From assembly GCF_050320385.1 (NCBI RefSeq), contig NZ_CP190355.1: 32,000 bases of DNA; one strand, given 5' to 3'. Below the pieces are notes generated by a model. It did not search any database. It saw nothing but the letters and a program-made list of their open reading frames with translations, and was not told the origin of the DNA. Of the stretch, positions 18,640 to 26,656 are shown piece after piece. Positions within the stretch are counted from its first letter, which is position 1. Each line of letters begins with the position of its first letter. The translations under genes and the position numbers were made by a program. The stretch is from Rhodococcus sp. KRD197. Lineage in GTDB: Bacteria; Actinomycetota; Actinomycetes; Mycobacteriales; Mycobacteriaceae.

Positions 18640-20229
18640 ATGAGCTTCAACAGCCCCTTCCCCGATGTCGAGATTCCGAACCTGAGTATCTACGACTACC
18701 TGTTCGGGTCCATCGCAGATTCCGATCTTGCCAAGCCCGCACTGATCGACGGCACCTCGGGCGCGGTCACGACGTACGAGACTCTGATCGGGCAGATCAA
18801 CGCAATCGCCGGCGCCCTCGCTGCCCGTGGGCTCGAGCTGGGCGACGTGGTGGGGCTGCATTCGCCGAACGTCCCGGCGTTCGCTTCGGTATTGCACGGC
18901 ATTCTGCGTGCCGGCGGCACCGCGACGACCATCAACGCTCTCTACACGGCTGAGGACATCGCCAAGCAGCTCACCGGTTCGGAGGCGAAGTTCCTCTTCA
19001 CCGTCTCGCCGCTGTACCCGCAGGCCAAGGCCGCGGCAGAAAAAGCCGGCATTGCCGACGACCACGTCATCGTGCTCGACGGCGCCGAGGGACACCCCAA
19101 TCTGCGTGATCTGCTCACCCAGGGTGCACCGGCACCGGAGGTGACATTCGACCCCGCAACCCAGATCGCCGTCCTCCCGTACTCCTCGGGAACCACCGGC
19201 GTCCCCAAGGGCGTCATCCTCACGCACCGCAACCTCGTCGCAAACATCGCGCAGATGGAACCGCGGGTCGGCATCGACTCCGACGACGCGGTTCTCGCGC
19301 TGCTGCCCTTCTTCCACATCTACGGCCTGACCGTGCTGCTCAACATCGCGCTCAAACTGCGTGCGCGTCTGGTGACCATGCCGAAGTTCGATCTGGCCGA
19401 ATTCCTGCGCATCATCCAGGACCAGAAGCTCACCTACCTGTTCATCGCGCCGCCGGTCGCGCTTGCACTCGCAAAGCACCCGCTCATCGATCAGTACGAC
19501 CTCTCCAGCGTCCACACCGTCTTCTCCGGTGCCGCGCCTCTCGACGAGGAACTGGGCAAAGCCGTCGCCACGCGGCTGAACACCCGGGTGCGTCAGGGCT
19601 ACGGAATGAGCGAACTCAGCCCCGTCAGTCATGCCATCCCGTTCGACCGCGACGATATTCCCCTCAGTTCGGTCGGTCTGCCGTTGGCCAACACCGTCAA
19701 CAAGCTCGTCGATCCGGCGACCGAGGCCGAGATCGACCTCCCCACCGAAGGCCTGTCCGAGCCGGGCGAGCTCTGGGTCAAGGGCCCGAACGTCATGGCG
19801 GGCTACCTCAACAACCCCACCGCGACGGCAGAGACCCTCGACGATGACGGATTCCTGCACACCGGCGACATCGCCGTCGTGGACTCGGAGGGCGTCGTCT
19901 ACATCGTCGACAGGCTCAAGGAACTCATCAAGTACAAGGGCTACCAGGTTCCGCCCGCGGAGCTCGAGGCGTTGCTGCTCACGCACCCCGACATCGCCGA
20001 CGCTGCCGTGATCGGCGTCCATGACGAGGACGGTGAGGAAGTGCCCAAGGCGTTCGTCGTGCTGCAGGAGAACGCCTCGCTCGATGAGGCGGCCGTGATG
20101 GCATTCGTCTCCGAGCGCGTCTCGCCGCACAAGAAGGTCCGCAAGGTCGAGTTCATCGCGACCGTGCCGAAGTCGGCCGCAGGCAAGATTCTTCGAAAGG
20201 ATTTGCGCGCCGCAGAAGCCGGCAAGTAG
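18640..20229 (+). CDS. AMP-dependent acyl-CoA ligase (4-coumarate-CoA ligase-like / FadD family)
   Basis: The AMP-binding motif LPYSSGTTGVPKGV, plus GYGMSE, GELWVKGPNVMAGY and YKGYQVPPAELE, are present. AGGAGA at 18631-18636 precedes ATG 18640. Confidence 0.85.
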   Translation: MSFNSPFPDVEIPNLSIYDYLFGSIADSDLAKPALIDGTSGAVTTYETLIGQINAIAGALAARGLELGDVVGLHSPNVPAFASVLHGILRAGGTATTINALYTAEDIAKQLTGSEAKFLFTVSPLYPQAKAAAEKAGIADDHVIVLDGAEGHPNLRDLLTQGAPAPEVTFDPATQIAVLPYSSGTTGVPKGVILTHRNLVANIAQMEPRVGIDSDDAVLALLPFFHIYGLTVLLNIALKLRARLVTMPKFDLAEFLRIIQDQKLTYLFIAPPVALALAKHPLIDQYDLSSVHTVFSGAAPLDEELGKAVATRLNTRVRQGYGMSELSPVSHAIPFDRDDIPLSSVGLPLANTVNKLVDPATEAEIDLPTEGLSEPGELWVKGPNVMAGYLNNPTATAETLDDDGFLHTGDIAVVDSEGVVYIVDRLKELIKYKGYQVPPAELEALLLTHPDIADAAVIGVHDEDGEEVPKAFVVLQENASLDEAAVMAFVSERVSPHKKVRKVEFIATVPKSAAGKILRKDLRAAEAGK

Positions 20230-20242
20230 ATCTTTCTCGACG

Positions 20243-20290
20243 CGGCCCCCTTTCCGACAATCGGGAGGGGGCCGTTGTCGTCGGTTGGTT
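20243..20290 (+). terminator. Probable intrinsic terminator after the acyl-CoA ligase gene
   Basis: CGGCCCCCT (20243-20251) pairs with AGGGGGCCG (20266-20274). It is followed by the T-enriched TTGTCGTCGGTTGGTT and begins 14 nt after the stop. Confidence 0.6.
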
Positions 20291-20538
20291 GCCTCGGTGA
20301 CACCGATTCCGCGACAATTTTGATCGACTGGAACAGTGCCCGGTTCAAGGATAAGCCGCCGCACTGAGAGCGGGTGCGGGCGCAACCTTGGTTCCAAACC
20401 GACGCACAGGAGGGGCGATGAGGAACCCTGACACGCCAACTGTCCGAGTCTCCGACTACCCGCAGCTGCGCGCAATCTCGGGCACGTGGGGGATGCAACC
20501 GAGATGCCCGAGTCTTATTGTCAGTCAATGCTTCTGGG

Positions 20539-20925
20539 CTAGCGGATCAGCTTGACCTCGAGCGGAAGGTCGAGGTCCGCCCATGCGCGATCGGCAGTCA
20601 GTACCACTGGCGGCCGACTCCGAGCCGCCAAGGCAAGTGCGCATCGGTCTCCTAGTGACAGTGACTTGCCGCCATCGACGGCGCGGAGCGCCGCGACGAC
20701 CGCCGCATCGGCTTCGTCCAACGGAACGATCTCGACCCCAGACGCACGCAGAGCGCTTGTCACCGCCGACACGTCGCCGCCGACGTCGACGACCTTGCCC
20801 AAGACCTCGGCGAGATTCGCCGACGACATGGTCGTGCCGCCAGTCGACATGGCCTGTTCGACGACATCCGCCCCAGGTTCGTCGTTGAGAACAGCGAGCA
20901 CCGCCGAGGCGTCCAGAATGGTCAC
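20539..20925 (-). CDS. vapC: PIN-domain ribonuclease toxin VapC
   Basis: The N-terminus ILDASAVLAVL carries the first acidic PIN residue, and later EADAAV and SLGDRCALALA segments are present. At 128 aa, its GTG start overlaps the vapB stop (GTGA, 20922-20925). Confidence 0.8.
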   Translation of the reverse strand: MTILDASAVLAVLNDEPGADVVEQAMSTGGTTMSSANLAEVLGKVVDVGGDVSAVTSALRASGVEIVPLDEADAAVVAALRAVDGGKSLSLGDRCALALAARSRPPVVLTADRAWADLDLPLEVKLIR

Positions 20926-21167
20926 CGCTCGGCCTGGGCCTCACTGATTCGCTCGGCCAGCAATTCCTCGACCAGTGATCGCCCGTTCGAATGGTCCGCG
21001 AGCATTCCGCGCATCGAGCGTGCGGCATCGGATGGGCGCTCGACGATCAACCTCGTGCCCACTCGCTGAACCGACAGCACGTCGCCTTCGCTGAGACCCA
21101 ACTCGGCCCGAAGATCGGCAGGTACGACGAACCTGCCTTGCTTTCCCAACGTCACCGTGACACTCAT
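20922..21167 (-). CDS. vapB: AbrB/SpoVT-type antitoxin VapB
   Basis: MSVTVTLGKQGRFVVPADLRAELGLSEGDVLSV is a swapped-hairpin AbrB/MazE-like N-terminus. The start is ATG 21167, and the 81-aa product is typical for an antitoxin. Confidence 0.75.
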   Translation of the reverse strand: MSVTVTLGKQGRFVVPADLRAELGLSEGDVLSVQRVGTRLIVERPSDAARSMRGMLADHSNGRSLVEELLAERISEAQAER

Positions 21168-21177
21168 GAGAAAAGTA

Positions 21178-21203
21178 TGCCATCGTGTGCCGAAGTGTGC
21201 CAT
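21178..21203 (-). promoter_or_regulatory. Direct repeats immediately upstream of vapB (candidate VapB operator or promoter)
   Basis: GTGTGCC occurs at 21185-21191 and 21195-21201 (10-bp period). TGCCAT occurs at 21178-21183 and 21198-21203. They lie 11-36 nt upstream of the vapB ATG. Confidence 0.35.
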
Positions 21204-21531
21204 GCGCGTCGAGCAAGTGCTCGGACTGGAGTTCGACAGATCTACCGCCTCGGCCCAATCCGGTGTCGGGTGAGCCTCGCCCCCCCCGCAGCGCCCCGAT
21301 CAGTATCTGTTTCGCGAAAGACACCGACCATCCCTCCTCGGAAGCCACACCCCGAACCGCCTGGGTACGGTCCACGGCTCGAATGGGAAGAAGGAGCGAA
21401 GGCCGAAGGGAGGGCCGTGGTCTTGATAGTCACCGCGATATTCCTTGTGTTGGGAAGGTTGAACACGGGGAGCTTCCAGTGGCTGATTGATCTGGCTTGG
21501 ATGGTTCGTCTGGCATGTCGTCGAGAATGGG

Positions 21532-21657
21532 ATGGGCCTGTTCTTCGTTCTGCTGGGGTTGTTCATCATCGGGGTTGGTGCGTTCATCGCGTACCGGCAT
21601 GCCCAGATTCGGGATGAGGAGCGGCGGATTCGTCGGGAATCTGTATTTGACGTGTGA
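21532..21657 (+). CDS. Candidate small membrane protein (41 aa from ATG 21532, or 56 aa from TTG 21487)
   Basis: This ORF is below the track size cut-off. It encodes MGLFFVLLGLFIIGVGAFIAYRHAQIRDEERRIRRESVFDV, one transmembrane helix plus a basic tail. About 70% of third positions are G/C by my count, higher than in the other two frames. There is no strong Shine-Dalgarno. Confidence 0.3.
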   Translation: MGLFFVLLGLFIIGVGAFIAYRHAQIRDEERRIRRESVFDV

Positions 21658-21795
21658 CACCGGTGAACCGACTCGGAGTCGCTCCACCCGACTGGACCGA
21701 CAAGATTCGCACAACACGCGACAACTGCGCCGAAGGTGTTTATCGTCTGCGTCGTGAACTCAACCACGTCGAACACGCGCTTTCGTCTGATACCG

Positions 21796-22944
21796 ATGCG
21801 TCCGCGCGACCCCGAGGAGCAGGGGCGATCCGCGAGCCCGCTGGAGCTGTTCTTCGACCTCGTCTTCGTGATCGCGGTCGCTACCGCCGCGGTCGAGCTG
21901 CACCATGCACTCACCGAAAACCACATCGTCGACGGCCTGCTGAGCTACATGTTGGTGTTCTTCGCCATCTGGTGGGCATGGATGAACTTCACGTGGTTCG
22001 CCACCTCGTTCGACACCGACGACTGGCTCTACCGCGTCCTGACGGTCGTTCAGATGGCGGGTGTGCTCGTCCTGGCCGCCGGTATCGGGCCGGCGTTCAC
22101 CGATTCGAACTTCGTCATCGTGGTTGTCGGTTACGTCGTCATGCGTTTCGCGATGGTCACACAGTGGCTGCGCGCATCGAGATCGCCGGAGCACAAGAAG
22201 ACTGCATTGACCTACGCGGCCGGCATTGCGGGCGTGCAGGTGCTGTGGTTGCTGTGGCTTCTGCTTCCGGAAGGTCCGGCACAGATTCTGGGATTCGTCG
22301 TCCTCGCCCTCGTCGAACTCTCCGTTCCGGTCATCGCGGAGAGAAAAGGCACGACTCCCTGGCACGCGCATCACATCACCGAGCGGTACGGCCTGTTCAC
22401 GATCATCCTTCTCGGTGAGAGCCTGCTCGCATCTGCGAATGCCATCATCGAAGCTCTGCGCGGCGATACGGCCCTCCTTCCTCTGATCACTCTGGCGGTC
22501 CTTGCTCTTGTGGTGACAGCAGGTCTGTGGTGGATCTACTTCTGGCCACCGCATCACGCAGCGATCTCGGACCTGGGCAGTTCGCTCAAGTACGGATACG
22601 CGCACTACTTCATATTCGCCGCAGCGGGCGCCTTCTCGGCCGGCGTCGAGGTGGAGATCGATGTACTCACCGATCACAGCGAACTCGGGGACCTGGCGGC
22701 GTCGTTCACGGTGACCGTTCCGATCGCCATCTTCGTCCTCGGCGTCTGGTACATCGCCATCAAGGACAACGCGGACCGCGTCGTCAACACGGCCGTTCCT
22801 GTCGGAGCGGTCTTGGTACTCCTCGATCCGCTCATCCCGATTCCCTTCGCGCTGACAGCCATCGTCATCGCACTCATCGTCGTCGTGCTCGTGCTTCGCC
22901 AGCCGACGACCGATGCGCACGCCGCTGCGACGCAGCCCGGCTGA
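21796..22944 (+). CDS. ltrA: Low temperature requirement protein A (LtrA) family membrane protein
   Basis: The N-terminus ASPLELFFDLVFVIAV, the following IWWAWMNFTWFATSFDTDD, and a multi-pass hydrophobic body are typical of LtrA. The start is at ATG 21796. Confidence 0.8.
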   Translation: MRPRDPEEQGRSASPLELFFDLVFVIAVATAAVELHHALTENHIVDGLLSYMLVFFAIWWAWMNFTWFATSFDTDDWLYRVLTVVQMAGVLVLAAGIGPAFTDSNFVIVVVGYVVMRFAMVTQWLRASRSPEHKKTALTYAAGIAGVQVLWLLWLLLPEGPAQILGFVVLALVELSVPVIAERKGTTPWHAHHITERYGLFTIILLGESLLASANAIIEALRGDTALLPLITLAVLALVVTAGLWWIYFWPPHHAAISDLGSSLKYGYAHYFIFAAAGAFSAGVEVEIDVLTDHSELGDLAASFTVTVPIAIFVLGVWYIAIKDNADRVVNTAVPVGAVLVLLDPLIPIPFALTAIVIALIVVVLVLRQPTTDAHAAATQPG

Positions 22945-22981
22945 GAAGGAAGACGACCCGGCCACGTGAGAAACTTTCCCC

Positions 22982-23743
22982 ATGAGTATCGGAACTTTGA
23001 TCCTGCTTCGTCACGGCGAGAGCGAATGGAATGCGTCCAACCAGTTCACCGGGTGGGTCGATGTCCGCCTCACCGAGAAGGGTGAGGCGGAGGGTAAGCG
23101 AGCCGGTGTGTTGCTTGCCGAGGCGGGTGTGCTGCCCGACGTGCTGTACACCTCGCTGCTGCGGCGTGCGATCAGCACCGCGAACCTGGCACTCGACGCC
23201 GCTGACCGGCACTGGATCCCCGTCGTCCGGGACTGGCGTCTCAACGAGCGTCACTACGGTGCGCTGCAGGGTCTGAACAAGGCCGAGACCAAGGACAAGT
23301 TCGGCGACGAGCAGTTCATGCTGTGGCGTCGCAGTTACGACACCCCTCCGCCCACCATCGAGGCAGGCTCGGAGTACAGCCAGGACGCCGACCCGCGCTA
23401 CGCGGAGCTGCCCGACGTCCCGCTCACGGAATGCCTGAAGGATGTCGTCGATCGTCTCATTCCGTACTTCGAGGACACCATCGTCGCGGACCTGAAGGCG
23501 GGCAAGAACGTCATCGTCGCGGCCCACGGCAACTCGTTGCGTGCGCTGGTGAAGTACCTCGACGAGATCTCCGACGCCGATATCGCCGGCCTGAACATCC
23601 CGACGGGCATCCCGCTGCAGTACGACTTCGCCGAAGGTGGCGCAGGCGGCAAGCTCGTCCCGTCGAACCCGGGTGGCACCTACCTCGACCCCGAGGCAGC
23701 AGCAGCCGGCGCGGCGGCGGTGGCGAACCAGGGCGCCAAGTAG
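22982..23743 (+). CDS. gpmA: 2,3-bisphosphoglycerate-dependent phosphoglycerate mutase
   Basis: [12 protein letters not shown] (catalytic RHGE), [12 protein letters not shown] and [10 protein letters not shown] are present. Confidence 0.95.
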   Translation: MSIGTLILLRHGESEWNASNQFTGWVDVRLTEKGEAEGKRAGVLLAEAGVLPDVLYTSLLRRAISTANLALDAADRHWIPVVRDWRLNERHYGALQGLNKAETKDKFGDEQFMLWRRSYDTPPPTIEAGSEYSQDADPRYAELPDVPLTECLKDVVDRLIPYFEDTIVADLKAGKNVIVAAHGNSLRALVKYLDEISDADIAGLNIPTGIPLQYDFAEGGAGGKLVPSNPGGTYLDPEAAAAGAAAVANQGAK

Positions 23744-23860
23744 GGGTTCCGCCCAACTTCAGGTGAACGCTCGAAGAACACTGCCGACGGGGACTATGAC
23801 CACCAGGGAAATGCCTGCACCCTGCGTATGTGAGCTGTCCATCGAACGTACGATTCCGGT

Positions 23861-25036
23861 GTGAGTGTTGCATCGGCCGTACTACTGGCTATCGCCGCCG
23901 CCTTCGGGGGATACCTCGTCGGCAGTGTTCTTATCCCCTACCTCGCAACACGGCATTCCGAGCGGCGTCAGGCGTCCTCGGGTCTGACGATGTCGCAGGT
24001 CCTGGACCTGATCATCCTGGCTTCGGAAAGCGGGATCGCCGTTGTCGACCGGCACCACGACGTGGTGCTGTCCAACCCCCGCGCCGAGGAACTCGGTCTG
24101 GTGCACAACCGACTCATCGAGGATCGCGCCTGGGAGGCTGCGCAGAAGGTTCTCGCCGACGGGCATCCGGTCGAGGTGGACATCAGTTCGAGAGATGTAC
24201 GTCTGAGCACCAGCCGGGATCGGATGGCGGTGCGATGCGTGGCACGGATGCTGAGCAAGCAGGACGAACGCTTCGTGGTGCTTTTCGCCGACGACGATTC
24301 GGAGCAGGTCCGGATGGAAGCGACCCGTCGCGATTTCGTCGCCAACGTCAGCCACGAACTGAAGACGCCAGTAGGCGCGATGAGCCTGCTCGCCGAAGCG
24401 TTGCTCGAATCAGCCGAGGACCCGGTCTCCGTCAGACATTTCGGTGGCAAGGTCGTCGCCGAGTCCAAGCGCCTGGGCAACATGGTGACAGAACTGATCG
24501 CACTCTCGAGACTGCAAGGTGCCGAGAAGCTGCCCGATCTCGAAGTCGTCGATGTCGACACAGTCGTCAACGAGGCCCTCGATCGATCGAAACTCGCGGC
24601 CGAGAACGCCGGCATCACGGTCACTACCGACCATCCCAGCGGCCTGGAGGTGCTGGGGGACCAGGCGCTCTTGGTCACCGCGCTCGCCAACCTCATCCAG
24701 AATGCCATCGCGTATTCCTCGGATGGGTCTCCGGTTTCTGTCAGCCGCGCGCTCCGCGGGGAATTCGTCGCGTTCGCCGTCACCGACCGGGGCATCGGCA
24801 TCGCCAAAGAGGACCAGGAGCGGGTCTTCGAACGATTCTTCCGGGTGGACAAAGCACGCTCGAGGGCCACCGGTGGCACCGGCCTAGGGCTCGCCATCGC
24901 GAAACACGTCGCAGCCAACCACAACGGCACCATCTCGCTGTGGAGCAAGCTCGGCACCGGATCCACTTTCACTCTGCAGATTCCTGCGTATTTCGAAGAA
25001 GACGACCTCGCGTCGTCAGAAGGAGAACAACAGTGA
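23861..25036 (+). CDS. senX3: Sensor histidine kinase SenX3
   Basis: An N-terminal transmembrane helix, a PAS-like region, the H-box [12 protein letters not shown], the N-box LIQNAIAYS, and G-boxes DRGIGI and GGTGLGLAI are present. It lies directly upstream of regX3 and after gpmA, as in mycobacteria. Confidence 0.9.
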   Translation: MSVASAVLLAIAAAFGGYLVGSVLIPYLATRHSERRQASSGLTMSQVLDLIILASESGIAVVDRHHDVVLSNPRAEELGLVHNRLIEDRAWEAAQKVLADGHPVEVDISSRDVRLSTSRDRMAVRCVARMLSKQDERFVVLFADDDSEQVRMEATRRDFVANVSHELKTPVGAMSLLAEALLESAEDPVSVRHFGGKVVAESKRLGNMVTELIALSRLQGAEKLPDLEVVDVDTVVNEALDRSKLAAENAGITVTTDHPSGLEVLGDQALLVTALANLIQNAIAYSSDGSPVSVSRALRGEFVAFAVTDRGIGIAKEDQERVFERFFRVDKARSRATGGTGLGLAIAKHVAANHNGTISLWSKLGTGSTFTLQIPAYFEEDDLASSEGEQQ

Positions 25037-25064
25037 CACGAACTTCGGCGACCGGAGAACTGCA

Positions 25065-25754
25065 GTGACCAACGTGTTGATCGTCGAAGACGAAGAGTCG
25101 TTGGCAGATCCCCTTGCCTTTCTGTTGCGAAAGGAGGGGTTCGAAGCCACAGTCGTCGGTGACGGGCCGTCGGCGCTCGCCGAGTTCGATCGCGCCGGAG
25201 CGGATATCGTCCTCCTCGATCTGATGCTCCCCGGTATGAGCGGAACCGACGTCTGCAAGCAGCTACGTGCCCGCTCTGGCGTTCCTGTGATCATGGTGAC
25301 CGCACGCGACAGCGAAATCGACAAGGTCGTCGGCCTCGAACTCGGCGCTGATGACTACGTCACCAAGCCGTACTCGGCGCGTGAACTCATCGCCCGTATC
25401 CGCGCAGTGCTGCGGCGGGGCAGCGACGCCGAACTCGATGGCGTGGCCGATTCCGGTGTGTTGGAAGCTGGACCGGTTCGGATGGACGTCGAACGGCATG
25501 TGGTGATGGTCGACTCCAAGCAGATCACTTTGCCGCTCAAGGAGTTCGACCTCCTCGAGTACCTGCTCCGGAACTCGGGTCGCGTGCTGACGCGTGGGCA
25601 GTTGATCGATCGAGTGTGGGGCGCCGATTACGTCGGCGACACCAAGACCCTCGACGTGCACGTCAAGCGGCTCCGCTCGAAGATCGAGTCCGACCCAGCG
25701 AAGCCGGAGCACCTCGTGACTGTCCGCGGGTTGGGCTACAAACTGGAGGGTTAG
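25065..25754 (+). CDS. regX3: OmpR-family response regulator RegX3
   Basis: The receiver domain reads VLIVEDEESL...DIVLLDLMLPGMSG...DDYVTKP, and the winged-helix output region reads TLDVHVKRLRSKIE...VRGLGYKL. The start is GTG 25065, 28 bp after senX3. Confidence 0.92.
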   Translation: MTNVLIVEDEESLADPLAFLLRKEGFEATVVGDGPSALAEFDRAGADIVLLDLMLPGMSGTDVCKQLRARSGVPVIMVTARDSEIDKVVGLELGADDYVTKPYSARELIARIRAVLRRGSDAELDGVADSGVLEAGPVRMDVERHVVMVDSKQITLPLKEFDLLEYLLRNSGRVLTRGQLIDRVWGADYVGDTKTLDVHVKRLRSKIESDPAKPEHLVTVRGLGYKLEG

Positions 25755-25762
25755 GCGCTGCG

Positions 25763-25812
25763 CGCATGTGCGCGGAAATACATAGCAGGCTATGTATTTC
25801 CGCGCACATGCG
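25763..25812. terminator. Perfect 24-bp-arm palindrome between convergent genes (bidirectional terminator or binding site)
   Basis: CGCATGTGCGCGGAAATACATAGC (25763-25786), ag, GCTATGTATTTCCGCGCACATGCG (25789-25812). I paired all 24 positions by hand and found no mismatch. Confidence 0.6.
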
Positions 25813-25822
25813 GCGAAGCCGC

Positions 25823-26623
25823 TTACTTGGTGCGCTGGGCCTCGCGGGTAGCAGGGTGGACAGCGATGAGCCCGAGCCCGCGTCGACGCTTGCACAACGA
25901 TGCCAACTCGTCGTAAGCCGCTCTGCCGAGTAGCTCCGTCAGCTCCGGCTTGTACGACTCGAACACCTGCTTGCTGCCGACATGGGCATCAGGGGAACCC
26001 GAGCAGTACCAGTCAAGATCGTGGCCGCCCTCGCCCCATCCTCGGCGGTCGTATTCGCCGATGGTGGTCTTGAGGATCTCCGTGCCGTCCGGCCGGGTCA
26101 CCCAGTCCTGGGTTCGGCGGATCGGCAGCTGCCAGCACACGTCGGGCTTGACCTCGAGCGGCTCGATGCCCTTCCGCAGAGCCATCGAGTGCAGCGCGCA
26201 GCCGATTCCGCCGGCAAACCCGGGACGGTTCTGGAAGATGCACGCACCCTTGTAGCGACGTGTCCGGAGCGACTGCTCGTCGTCGAGATCGTCGTACTCG
26301 ACGTATCCCTTCTTGCCCAGCCCCTTGGGCATCAGCTGCCAGTCCTCGGCGGTGAGCATCTTGACGGACGCGTCGAGTTTCTTCTTGTCGTCGTCGTCGG
26401 AGAGGAAGGCGCCGTGCGAGCAGCATCCGTCGTCGGGACGTCCCGCGACGGTGCCCTGGCAGGCAGGTGTGCCGAACACACACGTCCAATTCGACAGCAG
26501 CCATGTCAGGTCCGCCGAAATGATGTGCTCGGAGTTGTCCGGATCGGGGAACTCCACCCATTCTCGGGGGAAGTCCAGTTCTACCTCTGAAGCGAACGTC
26601 TGCGCTTTACCACCTGCTGTCAC
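25823..26623 (-). CDS. Conserved actinobacterial Cys-rich protein, Rv0495c-like (DUF3027-type, name from memory)
   Basis: 266 aa with clustered cysteines ([46 protein letters not shown]). The position between regX3 and ppx matches the mycobacterial layout. The start is GTG 26623. Confidence 0.7.
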   Translation of the reverse strand: MTAGGKAQTFASEVELDFPREWVEFPDPDNSEHIISADLTWLLSNWTCVFGTPACQGTVAGRPDDGCCSHGAFLSDDDDKKKLDASVKMLTAEDWQLMPKGLGKKGYVEYDDLDDEQSLRTRRYKGACIFQNRPGFAGGIGCALHSMALRKGIEPLEVKPDVCWQLPIRRTQDWVTRPDGTEILKTTIGEYDRRGWGEGGHDLDWYCSGSPDAHVGSKQVFESYKPELTELLGRAAYDELASLCKRRRGLGLIAVHPATREAQRTK

Positions 26624-26656
26624 AAGAGACGACGCTAGACCCAGTACCGTGGACCT

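Noticed and set aside
18592-20475. A 627-aa minus-strand ORF opposite the acyl-CoA ligase gene
   Set aside because: This is the same high-GC antisense artefact. The plus-strand frame carries the complete set of AMP-binding motifs, and the minus-strand product has no recognisable domain.
21417-21617. Alternative small ORF from GTG 21417 (VVLIVTAIFLVLGRLNTG...) in the vapB-ltrA gap
   Set aside because: Its third codon positions are T-rich, atypical for this genome. The Shine-Dalgarno-like GGGAGGG sits only 2 nt from the GTG. The overlapping 21532-21657 frame has better coding statistics.
13376-21717. The 9-mer GCACAACAC recurs in two intergenic regions (13376-13384 and 21709-21717)
   Set aside because: A single shared 9-mer within 32 kb, counting both strands, is within chance expectation. 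No extended similarity surrounds the two copies.
23744-23860. Possible RegX3 (Pho-box-like) site upstream of senX3: GGTGAAC at 23761-23767, then AGAACA, with GGTTCC upstream
   Set aside because: The resemblance rests on hexamers with loose symmetry, and I cannot recall the experimentally defined consensus well enough to score it. It needs a motif scan against validated RegX3 sites before it can be called.
25037-25064. Possible MIRU-type repeats in the senX3-regX3 spacer, as known from M. tuberculosis
   Set aside because: The spacer is only 28 bp and has no internal repetition, so no MIRU-like element is present.
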